From Phyllobates terribilis (Eukaryota), in NCBI RefSeq assembly GCF_046119375.1, contig NW_027362762.1, positions 929,566,001 to 929,630,000 on the forward strand: a stretch of 64,000 bases of DNA, read 5' to 3'. Under the pieces are notes generated by a model, which saw nothing but the letters and a program-made list of their open reading frames with translations, was not told the origin of the DNA and did not search any database. Made by a program: the position numbers and the translations under genes. How positions within the stretch are numbered: the stretch's first letter is position 1; every line of letters begins with the position of its first letter. Positions 24,109 to 38,037 of the stretch are shown here, piece by piece.

Positions 24109-27100
24109 TCAGTATCTGACAGGGGTCTGACCTCGTGTGCTACGTGTCGATCTGCGTAGTGCGGAGGTCTGGGTGGTATCAATGTCTGCATTGTCAGTTA
24201 CCCTACCAGTTCTACGCGTGGGTAGGTTGTAAAACTGCCTTAACCTCTCTATGGGACTGGCAAGTATACCATTGGCTGGGCCTTCTTGCTCTGCTCCAAC
24301 CGGGGATCCTTCTTCCGGGGATTCTTCTTGAGCAGGCTCTTCTGAAGCACTTACAGGTTCTACTTGCTGTGGAGGGTCTTCTGGCTGTTGAAAGAAGTGG
24401 ATCACAGGTATTATTACTGCTCCTCCTAGTTGAGGCCAATCTGCCGGGAAATCTCCTGAGTCAGTATGGAGTACTGCTTCTTTATACTCCTACGGTACGG
24501 TGAGAGGCACTTCTTCTTGGGGCTTTAGCAGGTCTGGACACAACTTCAGATGGTCTCTAGATACCGTTGCAGTCGTTATTCCTCCGTCTTTACTAATCAA
24601 ATAGGTCTTCTTGTTATCAAATCTTGAGTTTAACACAGTGTAGGGTTCTCTCTCCCACTGGTCATCAAGTTTGTGGTTTCTCCTCTTCCTCTTTAACACC
24701 ACTTCTCCTGGTGTGACGGGTTCTGCGGGCGCACTTTTATTGTAGTGGGCTTCCTGCTTGTCCCTGACCCGAGTGAGACTGTCTTCGACACAGGCCTGTA
24801 CTCTTCTGTACTGCTCCTGTCTGGTCGTGTCCCAGTCCTCAGTGGACATATCTGCTTCTGGTTCTATTACACCAAGCTTCCCGGGTCTTGCTCACATGAG
24901 ATATGCTGGAGTACAATTGGTTGAACTTACAGGTACAGTATGTGGTTGTACAGATCTACCAGGTCAGGTAGTAGGTCTGGCCACTGTTTTCTCTCCTCTA
25001 GTGGTAAGGTCTTCAGTAGGTCGATGATGATGTTGTTCATCTTTTCACAGAGATCGTTGGTTTGGGGGTACTACGGTGTAGTTATCTTTTTACACTCGTA
25101 CAGATGGCAGAACTCCTTGAACAGTTCGGCGTCAAAGACTGGGCCTTGGTCCATCAGCACCTGCCCGGGTATCCATGGGGTCTGCAGAAGTACACTTGGA
25201 ATGTCTTCGCTGCTGTCTCTGCTGTCAGATCTTTGACGGGGGCGACCACCAGGAAACGGGAGTAGTTATCCACCATGGTCAGGGCATAGGAGTATCCTGA
25301 CCTGCTAGGTGACAGCTTCACATGGTCCAGGGCCATGATCTCCAAGGGTCGAGTCGTCTTGATGGGTTGTAGGGGTGCCTTCTGGCTGCTGTAGTCTTTT
25401 CTTCTGAGGCTACAGGGTCCACAGTTTCGGCACCACCTCTCAATGGAGATGCGCATTCCCACCCAGTAGAATCGACACTTCAGCAGGGTCTCTAGCTTTT
25501 TCCAGCCAAAGTGTCCCGCCTGATCGTGGTAGGCCTCCAACACCATCTGGATGTCTGTCTTGGGCACTACGATCTGCCATACCATCTCATGGGTTTTGGG
25601 GTTGATGTACCTCCGGCACAGCTTCTCTCTATAGATGAACAGCTGGCTCTTCTCATTCCACAGCTGCTTGGCTTGGAGAGAAGCTTCCTTCTCCAGGGAA
25701 GAACCTTCCTCGGTTATCAGTTCTTTGATACGGCTGACAACCGGGTCGCTGTCCTGGGTCTTCTTCCAGCTGTGGTGAGGCAGGGGGTTTAACGTCTTTC
25801 TGCGAGGCCTCCTGGAGGCTCGTTGCTCGTGGACCATTCCATTCCAATAAAAGGCAGGTAGTTCAATCTCCTCCAGGTCATCCACTTCTTCTTCAGTGTC
25901 CGACTGGTGAGGCATCCTGGACAGGGCATCGGCGTTGGTGTTCTTGCGGCCAGCCCGGTACTTAATAGTGAATTGGTAGTTTGACAGCCGAGCCATCCAC
26001 CGTTGTTCCATGGTTCCTAGCTTGGCTGTCTCCAGATGAGTCAAGGGGTTATTATCAGTGAAGGCAGTGAACTTACTGGAGGCTAGGTAGTGCTTGAACC
26101 ACTCGGTGATGGCCCAGACCAGGGCCAGGAACTCCAACTTGAAGCTGCTATAGTTCTCCGGGTTCCTCTCGGTCGGCCGGAGCTTCCTGCTTGCATAAGC
26201 GATCACCTTCTCTTTGCCATTCTGCTTCTGACTCAGTACAGCCCCTAATCCTTCGTTGCTGGCATCAGTGTACAACAGGAATGGTTGGCTGTAGTCAGGA
26301 TAGGCTAGGATCTCTTCGCCAGTCAGGATCTCCTTCATCACATTAAAGGATTCAGCTTGCTCCTTACCCCACTGCAACGGGGAATTTCTGCCTCTGGGGG
26401 ACTGTCCTACCAGGAGGTCTTGCAGAGGCGCCGCTTTCTTGGTATAGTCTTTCACAAACGTCCGGTAATACCCGACTAGTCCTAGGAACTGACGTACCTC
26501 TTTGAGACTCTTCGGCTCTGGCCATTTCTGGATGGCAGTGACCTTCCCCGCGTCTGGTGCTACTCGCTCTGGACTAACGATGTGCCCCAGGTACTGTACC
26601 TTTTTCTTGAGCAGGTGGCACTTTGAGGGCTTCAGCTTCATCCCATACCAGGACAGTGACTCAAATACCTCCGCCAGGTGCTTCAAGTGGTCCTCATACG
26701 TTTTGGAGTACACTATCACGTCGTCCAGGTATAGTAGCACAGTCTCGAAGTTGCGGTGTCCCAGGCAGCACTCCATCAATCTTTGGAATGTTCCGGGGGC
26801 ATTGCAGAGTCCAAACGGCATGCTGTTGAACTCGCAGAGTCCCATCGGGGTGGTGAAGGCCGTCTTCTTCCGATCCTCCTCAGCAACAGCTACTTGCCAG
26901 TACCCACTAGTGAGGTCAAGGGTGGAGAAGTAATTTGCAGACTTTAAGGCAGCCAGGGATTCCTCTATACGTGGTAAAGGGTATGCATCTTTATGTGTAA
27001 TGCGATTTACTTGTCTGTAATCTACACACATTCTCATGCTTCCGTCCTTTTTCCTGACTAGAACTAGGGGAGCTTCCCAGGGACTACAACTATCCCTTAC

Positions 27101-28227
27101 TACCCCTGCCTTTTTCATGTCGTACAACATCTCCTTTGCCTTCTGGTAGTGTGCTGGTGGTATAGGCCTGTAACGTTCTTTGATGGGTGGATGGTCACCT
27201 GTGGGGATATGGTGTTGAACCCCCTTAATCCTCCCGAAGTCAAGTGGGTGCTTACTGAATACTTGCTCGTATTCCTGAACCACCCGGTGTACACCCTGCT
27301 TCTGATGGGCAGGAGTGCGGTCTGTCCCAACATGGAGCTGTTGACACCAATCCTCCACCTGGGTTGCCGGGTCATTATCCTCCACTTCTTCTGGTGAGGT
27401 TAAGGACTCCGCCGTGTGTATGGAGTTGTTATTTACCGTGTACAATTTGGCAACAGTGGCGTAGCGTGGTAATCTAAAGTCGTCCTCCCCATAGTTTAGG
27501 AGGCGTACGGGCACCCTCCCATTGCGTACATCCACTACCCCTCTGGCAGTTAAGAGTGTAGGTCTATTCTCAGAGCTAAGGGGTTCTACTACCGCCTGGT
27601 AGCTCCGTCCTTTGAGACCTATTGCTGCTCTACACCAAATCAGCATTTCACCCATCGGGGGAATCACAATGGGCACCGGGTCTATCACCCGTACATTACC
27701 AATTTCACCGCCTGTCAGCTTTATCTGTTGCTGGTATATAAGGGCTCGGATCTCTTTCTGGAGCACCCTCCTCTGCCCTGGTTTGGTGGTGTCAGCCATC
27801 TGTTGGAGCAAGAACAACACTTCTCCCAAACAGTTACTAACAATATTTGTGCCAAGTAGCATATACAAGTCTGTATCATCAGGATTAGTCTCTACTACAA
27901 TTAGTCCCTGGTCCTTCAGTTCCACTCTTCCCACCTTTACTGCCACATCCTTAACCCCGACTAGGTTAAGGGGGAGGCCGTTTGAGGCATAGACGGAAAG
28001 ATTTGGATCTGGTGGGTGAAATTCGTCTATGGACCAGAACCTCTTGTAGAGAACATCAGGCATGATGGTTACCTGAGATCCTGTGTCCAGCAGAGTGGGT
28101 GTCGCGATGCCGTCCAGCACAATGGACAGAAAGGTCTTCCTCCCACGAACCTGCGGTACCAGTTGGATGGGCCTGAGGGGTCTACTCCTGGGTGTCGGCC
28201 CTCGGCCCCAGGGTTTTCTCGTTTAAA
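24109..28227 (-). pseudogene. pol: Pol of B (PR LLDTGS, RT YLDD, RNase H, integrase) with frameshifts and stops
   Basis: The 988-aa ORF 25154-28120 is open from PR to the start of integrase; the integrase core and tail are in broken frames; a 1-nt deletion lies at about 28130. Confidence 0.92.
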
Positions 28228-29242
28228 GGACAGCTCTGGACGGCGTGACCTGTCTTGTGGCAGCGGTGGCAGACAGGGTCCCTCGGCGGGCGGCGTTGGT
28301 CGCTGGTCCTCCCAGGGGGTGGCGTTGTCCTCCTCCTCCTTCTCATCCAGGGGACATCCTCAGGGCTGTCGGCTAGCAGAATCCTTCCTTCTGCCTCGGG
28401 CTCCGTCCGCAGCTGCAGGGCACTCAGTACAGAGGTCAGGGTTTTGCTCAACTGACGCACTTCAGAGCGCAGGCTGTCCAGCTCACTAGGGGACGTTGCT
28501 TGCACCTTGGCTTCAGCAGCTACCGGGGAAAAGGTGGACGCTGCAGGCACTGGGGTGGCCCCACCCTGGTAACATTGGATAGCAGTTGTTTCCAGGGGCT
28601 GCAGCCTTTTATAGCCATGTCCTTAAGGGTGTCAAAGGTGGCATCTGGATGATCCAGGGACCACCAACGCACAGTCCTGCTCTCCTCTTGAGACCTCAGT
28701 CTCCAGATAAACAGTTCCTTCAGCATCTTATTTTCACTATCGATGCTGGTTGGACTAACCTGTTTCAGAGCTCGCAGGGCCCCTTGTAAACGCCAGGCAT
28801 AGTCCCGAACACTGTCCTCCGGTTGCTCAGAGCAGTTGTAGAACCTCATCCGGAGGTCTGTCTCAGTACGATTCTCAAAGACAGTCTGTAACTTTTTAAA
28901 GATTGCGGACACTGACTCCTGGTCTGCGGCTGACCAGATTTCTACTTCTCGCTTCGCAGCACCATTCAATTGTCCCGATACAACAGCGGCTCTTTGCTTG
29001 CCTGTCATAGAGTACATGTCCAGTATACCGCATATTTTCCTTTTGAATCCAGACAGGGTATCTGGTTTGTCGCTGTACTGGGGGAGCCACTTCTCTCCAG
29101 GGATGTACGGTAGGGCCATGGGTATGACAGGGGTTACAAGCCCTGCTGGTGGAGCGGCTGCTCCGGCCTGCTCGGCATAGAGCGCGGGTTGATCATCAGG
29201 GTGGCTAACCGGTACTCCAGCGTTGTGATGTTCTTCAGACAT
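28182..29242 (-). pseudogene. gag: Gag of B (capsid plus CX2CX4HX4C), one frameshift near 28550
   Basis: ORFs 28520-29242 and 28182-28550; CHRCHKTGHAVQSC; WLPQYS motif shared with the gag of C. Confidence 0.88.
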
Positions 29243-29605
29243 TCTGGCGCCCCCCTAGCGAACCATGGCCTACCTTCTTTTCTTTTCTTCCGGTAGGCCG
29301 CAGCTCCGCAGGTGACGGTCTTCCTTCAGGACCTTGCGTCGCTTGCGTCCTACGTCAGAGCGCTCACCGGGGCTCCTTCCAGGACCTGGCGCTTCCTGGT
29401 TTGACGTCGAGGCGTGGGGCGTGTCCGGGGCTTCGCGCGCTTCAGCAGGTACGCCTCTCAGTTTCCCGTGGTTACGCCCTTCTTCCCGCTCGGCGGCCGA
29501 ACAATGGCGGCAATCTTCGCCACAGTTAAAATACACAGTTTTTGATTAAAGGTGCACAGTACCCGGTAGCAACGGGCACAACACTCCGTCGTTGCAGCAG
29601 GCACG

Positions 29606-29625
29606 GAATCCTGTTCGTGATGCCA
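29606..29625 (-). other. Primer-binding site of B, complementary to a tRNA-Ser(CGA)-type 3' end
   Basis: Minus strand reads TGGCATCACGAACAGGATTC; recalled vertebrate tRNA-Ser-CGA end GAATCCTGTTCGTGACGCCA gives one mismatch. Confidence 0.8.
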
Positions 29626-29633
29626 GTAAGAGA

Positions 29634-30798
29634 TGACGCGCCCAGGGGATGGGGACGACTCGGTGCCCGGGCCTTGCTGTTAGTTTTGGGGGATGCCGCG
29701 GTGGCCGGCTCCCGGGCCCGTACCCTGAGGTCACTCTTAAAAAGAGGGGAAAGGTTATTTGGGATAGGGAAATGTTCGTGACGCCACCCGTGGTGTCTGG
29801 TGAGGATCACCAGCGCTGCTGGAGTCCTCTGAGGCCGGTGGTCAGGCAGCTTAGTTGGTGCGGCTCCCCACAGGTGGAGCGGGACCTCAGGGCAGCGTAA
29901 AGAGGAGAGATGCAGGAGAAAGAGGACCCAGCCGGGTCAAGAGAAGAACAAGCAGACTCACAACAGTTCACTTCAGTACCTTTAATGGTGGTGTTTTCAG
30001 GCACGATCCAGGGCACTGTAGGGTGAAGGGTGCATTTCAGGACTCCCCCCAGTGAGCGGGTGTGGGGCCTCCTGTTTCTTGCCTTTTTCTGGTAAGTTTA
30101 TGACCTGCCTGGAGCTAGGCCTAACTTGGTCTCTGTCTGGCACCTGCTGACCTGGTGGTAGGGCCTTCTGTTGGAGATCACACTCCCTGGTCTCTTGGGC
30201 CTCTGTGATTCCTGACCCTGGGATAATGGTCAGCTTCTGGTATTCCTGGGTCATGTAGTTCGCCAGGGGTTCTGGTTGTTTCTGCTGGTCCTAGAGATCC
30301 TTGCAGACACGGACCCGGTGTCCGGTATATGGTCTTGGGGTGAGCTGGCTAAGCTCCTCTGCCCCCTATGTAGCTCGCTTACTCCACTCACCTTCGGCCA
30401 TGCTCGGGACCCTCACTAGGCTTCACACTGACAGTAGACCTCGCCACTCTTTACCGCTCTTATGGCGTCGGCACGCCTTAGGCTCGCTAACTTGAGCTTC
30501 ACTCTAGGCTTTCTCACTAGAGGAACTGAACTGAGAACTCTCTCCCTCTCTGGCTCTGAGCAGGAACTCTGTTCTCTAGACTGAGCTCGACTCTGTATTC
30601 AGACCTGTACTTGCTGAACTCTCCAGAGAAACTGCCTGTATAACGCCACCCTCCGTATATATAACCCTATCCGGGCTCCCTCTGGTGGTCTGAGGTGGTA
30701 GGGTGGAGGTGTGTGAATGCTATGAGGGCCTCTTGTGGAGAAATCTGTCCATGCACCCCTGTAGGATCTGTGGCACCAATGCGCAGCAGGGCGCCACA
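29634..30798 (-). repeat. 5' LTR of B (1165 bp)
   Basis: Minus strand TGTGGCGCCC...GGGCGCGTCA; TATATATA near 30657-30663. Confidence 0.92.
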
Positions 30799-30802
30799 CA
30801 TG

Positions 30803-31135
30803 GAAACAGATGAAAGAAGAGACCAAGTTCTGAGGATAACATAGTGGAAGTCAAAGAAACGTTAGGTTAGTAAATATGATAGGCCTGCCTAAAAAGATGT
30901 ATTTGTAGGTCACGCTTAAAACTGTAGACTTCGGGAATTAACCAGATTGTCTGCAGTAGCACATTCCAGAAAACTGGTGCAGCACAAGAGAAGTCTTGGA
31001 GATGGAAATAGGAGGTTTAGATAATGGAAGATGTTAGTCTTACCATTTGTAAAATCATTTGTTTGGCTGGAAAGCCCCTCAATAATTTGCTGTTGTAGGA
31101 GAGCCTTGTCCTGCATATACCAGTCCCTCTAAGAA
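30803..31135 (-). mobile_element. L2 LINE 3' fragment
   Basis: Reverse complement resembles 20897-21046 (ctccaagacttctcttgtgctgcacc...tggaatg). Confidence 0.65.
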
Positions 31136-31170
31136 TAAACAGGTATAACATGTAATTATAACTAAACATA

Positions 31171-32744
<1,574 letters not shown>

Positions 32745-33426
32745 TATATCAGGGTTAAAGTAACAAAGAAAATAATAATTTTGTATTTTAGATGTCATTC
32801 TTTGACTGAATTGTTGAAAACAATATCCAATATCAAACCTCTTTTTCTGGCTGGTAAAGCCTGACTTGTCTTACAAGTCATGCATGGTGCATTTCAGCTG
32901 TATTGATACCTGGTGTAGGAAATGTAAAACTCTAGGGACAGTCTACATTTGGAAGACATACAGAGATGTTAAGCAACCAAAGGTCACTGCTGAGATAAAG
33001 ATCTTTCCTTGACAAGAAAAGGTATCATATAAGTGATAGGAGATCTTTATCTTGCAGGTGGTGACCTTAGGTTAGATTACACTTTTTTTTTCCAAAAAAG
33101 CACACTCAGCTTTTAATATTTGTAAAATCTGCTGATCTAATTCTGATACATTGTAATAGGCATATCTCAGTTCGCACAAATCAAAGATTTCTATTAGCAA
33201 TATGCAGCATTTGCACATTGTGATGGATGATATTATTTAGGTTCTGTTCCTGCAGTATAGATTTTTTATTTATGAATGTAGTTTTAGGGCATTTTGCTTA
33301 GGACAAAGAAGGGTTAGTGAAACGTGGCTGTACCAAATCTAAGCTGTTCCTTGCTTTTTATTTCCGTATGAATGAGAAATATAGGTGAAAAATTTCTAAA
33401 TACAAATGCTTTGAACAAGACACTAC

Positions 33427-34162
33427 TGGAGATGATCAAACCTTATATAATTCTATTTTGCCAGATTCGGTAAATTTTTCCAAAAAATCCAATATTAGCC
33501 ATGAATTGCAGGTAAGATGATGGACATACTGCTCACGTTTCCCCCGTGAAGAAACAAGTATAATGTTATGTGATGCAATGTGAACTGTGATGTATAATGT
33601 GAATTGCGATGTGCGTAAAAGATGTTAGTAATATTGATAATGTGTGTCGTTTGACAATAGGGATAGTGAGAGTTTATGTTTGGGACTAGCCCAGAGTGGG
33701 AAGGGTTAAATTGAAGGGAAAGTGACGGTTTCCGGTCAGAGGGTTAGATAGGGTCTAAATTGCATAGAAAGAGGACCTATGGTCCATTGTTAGCAGTGCT
33801 GCATTCTGGGGTGTCCTTAAAGTGAGAGGGGACTAAAGGAGAGAGATAGATCCGGAGCAGAAGTGACTAGGAGAAAGAGTGATCTATCAGAGACGGGTCC
33901 TGGGAGAGGACTTCTAGAAGAAAGGCCCACAGTTTATAACTCTTGAAGTAATGGGCCTAGGCAACACTGGGTACGTGAGACAAATAGAAAGCCCTGAGCA
34001 GAAGTTCCAGAGGGTCAGCATTGAGGGGAAAGAAGATGAGGAACCGCGGTCAAGTAAAGGACTCTAGCTAAATAGGCTCGTTGATCAAATTTGCCAGGAG
34101 CTGTAGATTTCATGAAATTTGACTCAAATTCGATTCACATCCAATCAGCTTGGTCATCTCTA
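33427..34162. mobile_element. Non-autonomous hAT element
   Basis: TGGAGATGATCAAA left end and TTGGTCATCTCTA right end; 8-bp TSD GACACTAC / GACGCTAC. Confidence 0.72.
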
Positions 34163-34901
34163 GACGCTACAATAAAATTCTCAGCCTCAGATCTCATGGG
34201 AAGAAATGCAGTAGTGTTCATTGTGATACACCTGTAACTGGGTCAAGATTTCCTTTTTTAAGCAGAAACCTCAATTCAGAAGTGAAATACAGCTTAAGGT
34301 AAGTTTTGTTAAATTTCTGTGGTTTTTCTAAAGACGTAAGAATACTGCGAAATGTGTAGAGAATAAACTGCACTGATACCCTTTATTGGTTTTGGACTCT
34401 TTTTATTGGAAAAAATACCAGCAACGCAGGTTACCCACAACTTTCGAATTGTTCTAAGTTTTCTTAAACAACATTTTCTAATATGTTTTAGGTTGACTAT
34501 TCAAATTCCTTATCCTTAATCGTGGGCTCATGTACCATAGAAAATGGGGTTCTGGGCAATAAGTAAAACAGGGAAGAAAAATGACTGTTCCTCTTTAAAG
34601 AGTCCGGCTCAGTATAGAGTGTTACAGGCAATGCTCCATAGGAGGAAGACATTCAAGTTAGCTATTTCTCAGAGCAAAATATATGTTGCAAGTAGCATCT
34701 AAGAGTGACAGCTACCCTATAAGAGAATGTCCAACCCTTTAGTGAGCCTTGCAAACATGAGCAGGAATAAATGCCAAGCCAGAAACTCATGTACAGACAG
34801 ACAGTTTCAGGGTGTTTGTCCCTAATCAGTGTAGAACGTAGACTGGCGGGCTGTGTTGGACACCCTTGAGCCAATGTTGGGGAAGTACTGGCTCTCCTTA
34901 A

Positions 34902-35274
34902 AGGGGGTGGCCACTCTAAATTGATAAGTCTGTAGTCACTCTGTGTGACTACAGACTTATGAATCCCTACAGAGCACAAACTGTGCACTACAAGGATTTG
35001 CCGGTTGCGTTGAACAAAGCAACGGCCACTAGATGGCCGCGCCAACTGGGCAGTCGCGTCACCAGATGGGCTGCGGCCTCGCTCAGTACTAGTGTATGAA
35101 GTGAAGTCGTGCCCACTAGACGGGCTCTGGCTGGGAGTATGCATAACGCATACATACCCGCCAATCCCGGCTCAAAAAACTGTGAATCCTCGCAGCGCAC
35201 AGTTCATGAGCTGGGGGGATTAAAAAGTCACACAGAGTGACTGCAGACTTATCAACTTAGACCAGACAATCCCT
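34902..35274. mobile_element. Kolobok/T2-type palindromic MITE
   Basis: TTAA|AGGG...CCCT|TTAA; mirrored arms ttgataagtctgtagtcactctgtgtgact and agtcacacagagtgactgcagacttatcaa. Confidence 0.85.
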
Positions 35275-36002
35275 TTAAAGAGACTACTGGAGCATTGACA
35301 CAACTTTAGTAAGGGCTTCTTTTAGGGCTAGTGTTTGAAGGAGCTTTTCTTTTCCTGAAGAGCTTCTTGAAGCGGCATTGAAGAGTCTTGGAAGAGTTTT
35401 TTTTTCCTGCAGCATTCCTTTCAGTCTCTTGATTTCAAAGTACCTGGTTTGGAAACATTTTCTTCAGGATCCGGTTGAAAGAAGTGACAGGCACTTTTCA
35501 TTTTGTAGCAGACATTTTTCAAAACCAGAGTCATCAGTAAAAAGAAAAAGAAAAAAACTTAAAAACTTTTCATATGAACAGCAAACTGGATTTCCCATAC
35601 AAATAAATTGAAAGAGTTTTCTCAGCATTTTTTAAGCAGTTTAAGAGGACGATTTAGGCACCGATCTGCTGTGAAAAAATCCAAAAACTCAGTGTTCACA
35701 CAGCCCTATACGCAATGCTCCATAGGAGAAAAGTATACAAATTAAATCTCAAAAGTTCCACTTAGGAAACATGGCTGCCCTATAAGTCAATGTTTGACAC
35801 TTTAATGAGCCTTGTAACATTACTATAGATAGTTATCAAGCCAGAATCTCAACTACGGTCAGCCTGTTCTCAGTCACATAAGACAGCACTACAGTGATGA
35901 GAGGTAAACCCCCCAAACAGGCTGTCTGTAGATGAATTTCCCGTATGGCATTTATTCTTGGTCAAGTTGCAAGGGTCAGACATTGATTTATAGGATAGCC
36001 AC

Positions 36003-37253
36003 TAGTGATGGGCACAAGTGCTCATTTCTAGAGTTTGCCTTTTGGTGCTCGGGTATCCACCGAGTATCGAAGGTGCTTGAGTGACATGTTCGAGTCCCCG
36101 CCCCGCATGTTTCACAACTGTTAGACCGCCGCAAAACCTGACCAACACGGGCAATCCCCCCATGTTTTGTGGCTGTCTGACAGCCACGAAACATGCGGCC
36201 GCAGGGACTCAAACATGTCACTCTAGCACCCACGATACTCAGTGCATACCCAAGTGTAGCAAAGGCAAGAGATCTTGCAAGGGAACTCCTACATGATGTT
36301 TCAAAGATGGAAAGAGGCTGCCATCTGCTGGCCAGACACAGTCAAGCGGAACCAAGATATGCAAGGGAAGTTGAAAGGAGAGCAGATTTAGACGCTGGAC
36401 CTGATCAGGTGACTTCCAGGAAGGAGTTCTGGCAGATAAGAGGCCAGCGTGCCAAACCTGAGGGGTCTTTGGCGCCAAGCAGCAGGAAGGAGCAGACTCG
36501 TTACCTGCGTGCTGGAAAACCCCGCGTGACAGGCCTAAGCCAGAGGCCTGTGAGTTGCCACAGCCGGGCACCGGTAGAAGAGCTCCAGATCCCTCACAGA
36601 TGTGACCCGAGTGCTGTTCCTGCTGAGGAGACTCGGAACCTGCTTGCGGTGCTGAGTGAGTTCGCGGAACCCGACGTCGCTCGCCGACAGACGAGGTCTG
36701 GACCCCCCTACCCAAGGCTCGAGAGATTGCCTCCAACGGCCAAGCAATGAGGACTTGAGAGACGGCTGGGCCAGGAAAGTCACACCAGCGAAAGCAGGGG
36801 AGCTGCATACGTGAACAGGGCCGTCACTTCTACTGTTCACTCACGGTACCGGGGACAATTTGGTTTAGGTACTCAGGTTGGGAGGGGAACAGTTGGGGCT
36901 AAAGAAGCTCAACGTGATCTAATTGAATTTATCCAGAAAAAGACTTACGGCCTAGCGGGAATAACCAGTGACCCCCGCTAGAGCCATATCACAGATAAGG
37001 AACTCACGTGGTGTCTCCCATGATCTAGGGCACCACATTACCTTGAGAGACTTCGTATTTTGCTAATAGTTCAAATTACTGTTTATTACCCTTGTTGCAA
37101 TCCCTTGTTCAGCGTACCTGTTATATATATATAAACTGTTTATATTTAACTCTTACTGTTCTCACCTTGTGTCTCTGTGCGTTGCATCCCAGCACCTGCA
37201 TTACACAAGCACCCTAAGCAAACTCGAGAAACGAGCACTAGCGCTCCTCACTA
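36003..37253. mobile_element. hAT MITE interrupted by a solo LTR
   Basis: TAGTGATGGGCACAAGTGCTC and GAGCACTAGCGCTCCTCACTA ends; TSD ATAGCCAC / ATAGCTGC; related to 10270-10569. Confidence 0.85.
36255..37205 (+). mobile_element. Solo LTR from a different family than A, B and C
   Basis: TGTAGC...ATTACA with CAAG TSD (36251-36254 and 37206-37209). Orientation is tentative. Confidence 0.85.
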
Positions 37254-37419
37254 ATAGCTGCCTCTCCTTCTTGGTGCTAGTGAGATCATTTCTTTCACTC
37301 TGCAGGAGAACTAATTTTCATGCATTTAGTAGAGAAATAATTGCACTTGCCAATGCCTTAATAGTACTTTCAGATAAGATCCAAAAATAATAAATATGTC
37401 TTTATAACACTGTCATATA

Positions 37420-37752
37420 CAGTTGTGCTCAAAAGTTTACATACCCCGGCAGAATTTTTCCTTTCTTGGCCTTGTTTCAGAGAATATGAATGATGACAAA
37501 AAAACTGATGTTAGAGGGGGCAATACACTGTATTAAGAACTGGGGTATGTGAACTTTTGATCAGGGTCATTTGAATGTTTTTGGTTGTCATTAAGATTTA
37601 AAAAGAGAAAACACAGTAGTTTGACAATAAATGGCTTCACCCAACCAGTAACCATGAGTGGAGAAAGTTTTATTGTTATCATTCATATTCTCTGAAACAA
37701 GGCCAAGAAAGGAAAAATTCTGCCGGGGTACGTAAACTTTTGAGCACAACTG
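37420..37752. mobile_element. Tc1/mariner MITE
   Basis: TA|CAGTTGTGCTCAAAAGTTTAC and GTAAACTTTTGAGCACAACTG|TA; long palindromic arms. Confidence 0.92.
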
Positions 37753-38037
37753 TAATTCCCACACAATACTGCCGTTCAATGCCTAAAAAGTGAAGAGGTT
37801 AATAGTTAAGTGCCCGCCAATCTAGGAAAGTAAAGTGGTCAATGACAAAGTTCCTGATGTGCCAGGGCAATGAGTTTTTGAGATTTTGGGCTATTACTAA
37901 ATTTTACACCATTTACAAGGAACCTCTCCTAAAGGCCATGTTATGGCGGTAGACTGATGGGTGCTGAGAACCTGCACAGTAACGTGGTGTTCACAGGTAT
38001 TACAATATAAGCAAAAAGGTTTGAAGACTATTCTTAA

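Larger units (their letters stand above)
23181..30798 (-). mobile_element. Ty3/Gypsy element B, near full length, defective
   Basis: CATG TSD (23177-23180 and 30799-30802); two LTRs, PBS, gag with CCHC, PR-RT-RH-IN order, PPT. The terminal CA of the 3' LTR reads GA. Confidence 0.93.

Noticed and set aside
33510-34078. LTR-like insert within the hAT element
   Set aside because: Composition is suggestive, but no TG...CA ends or TSD were found.
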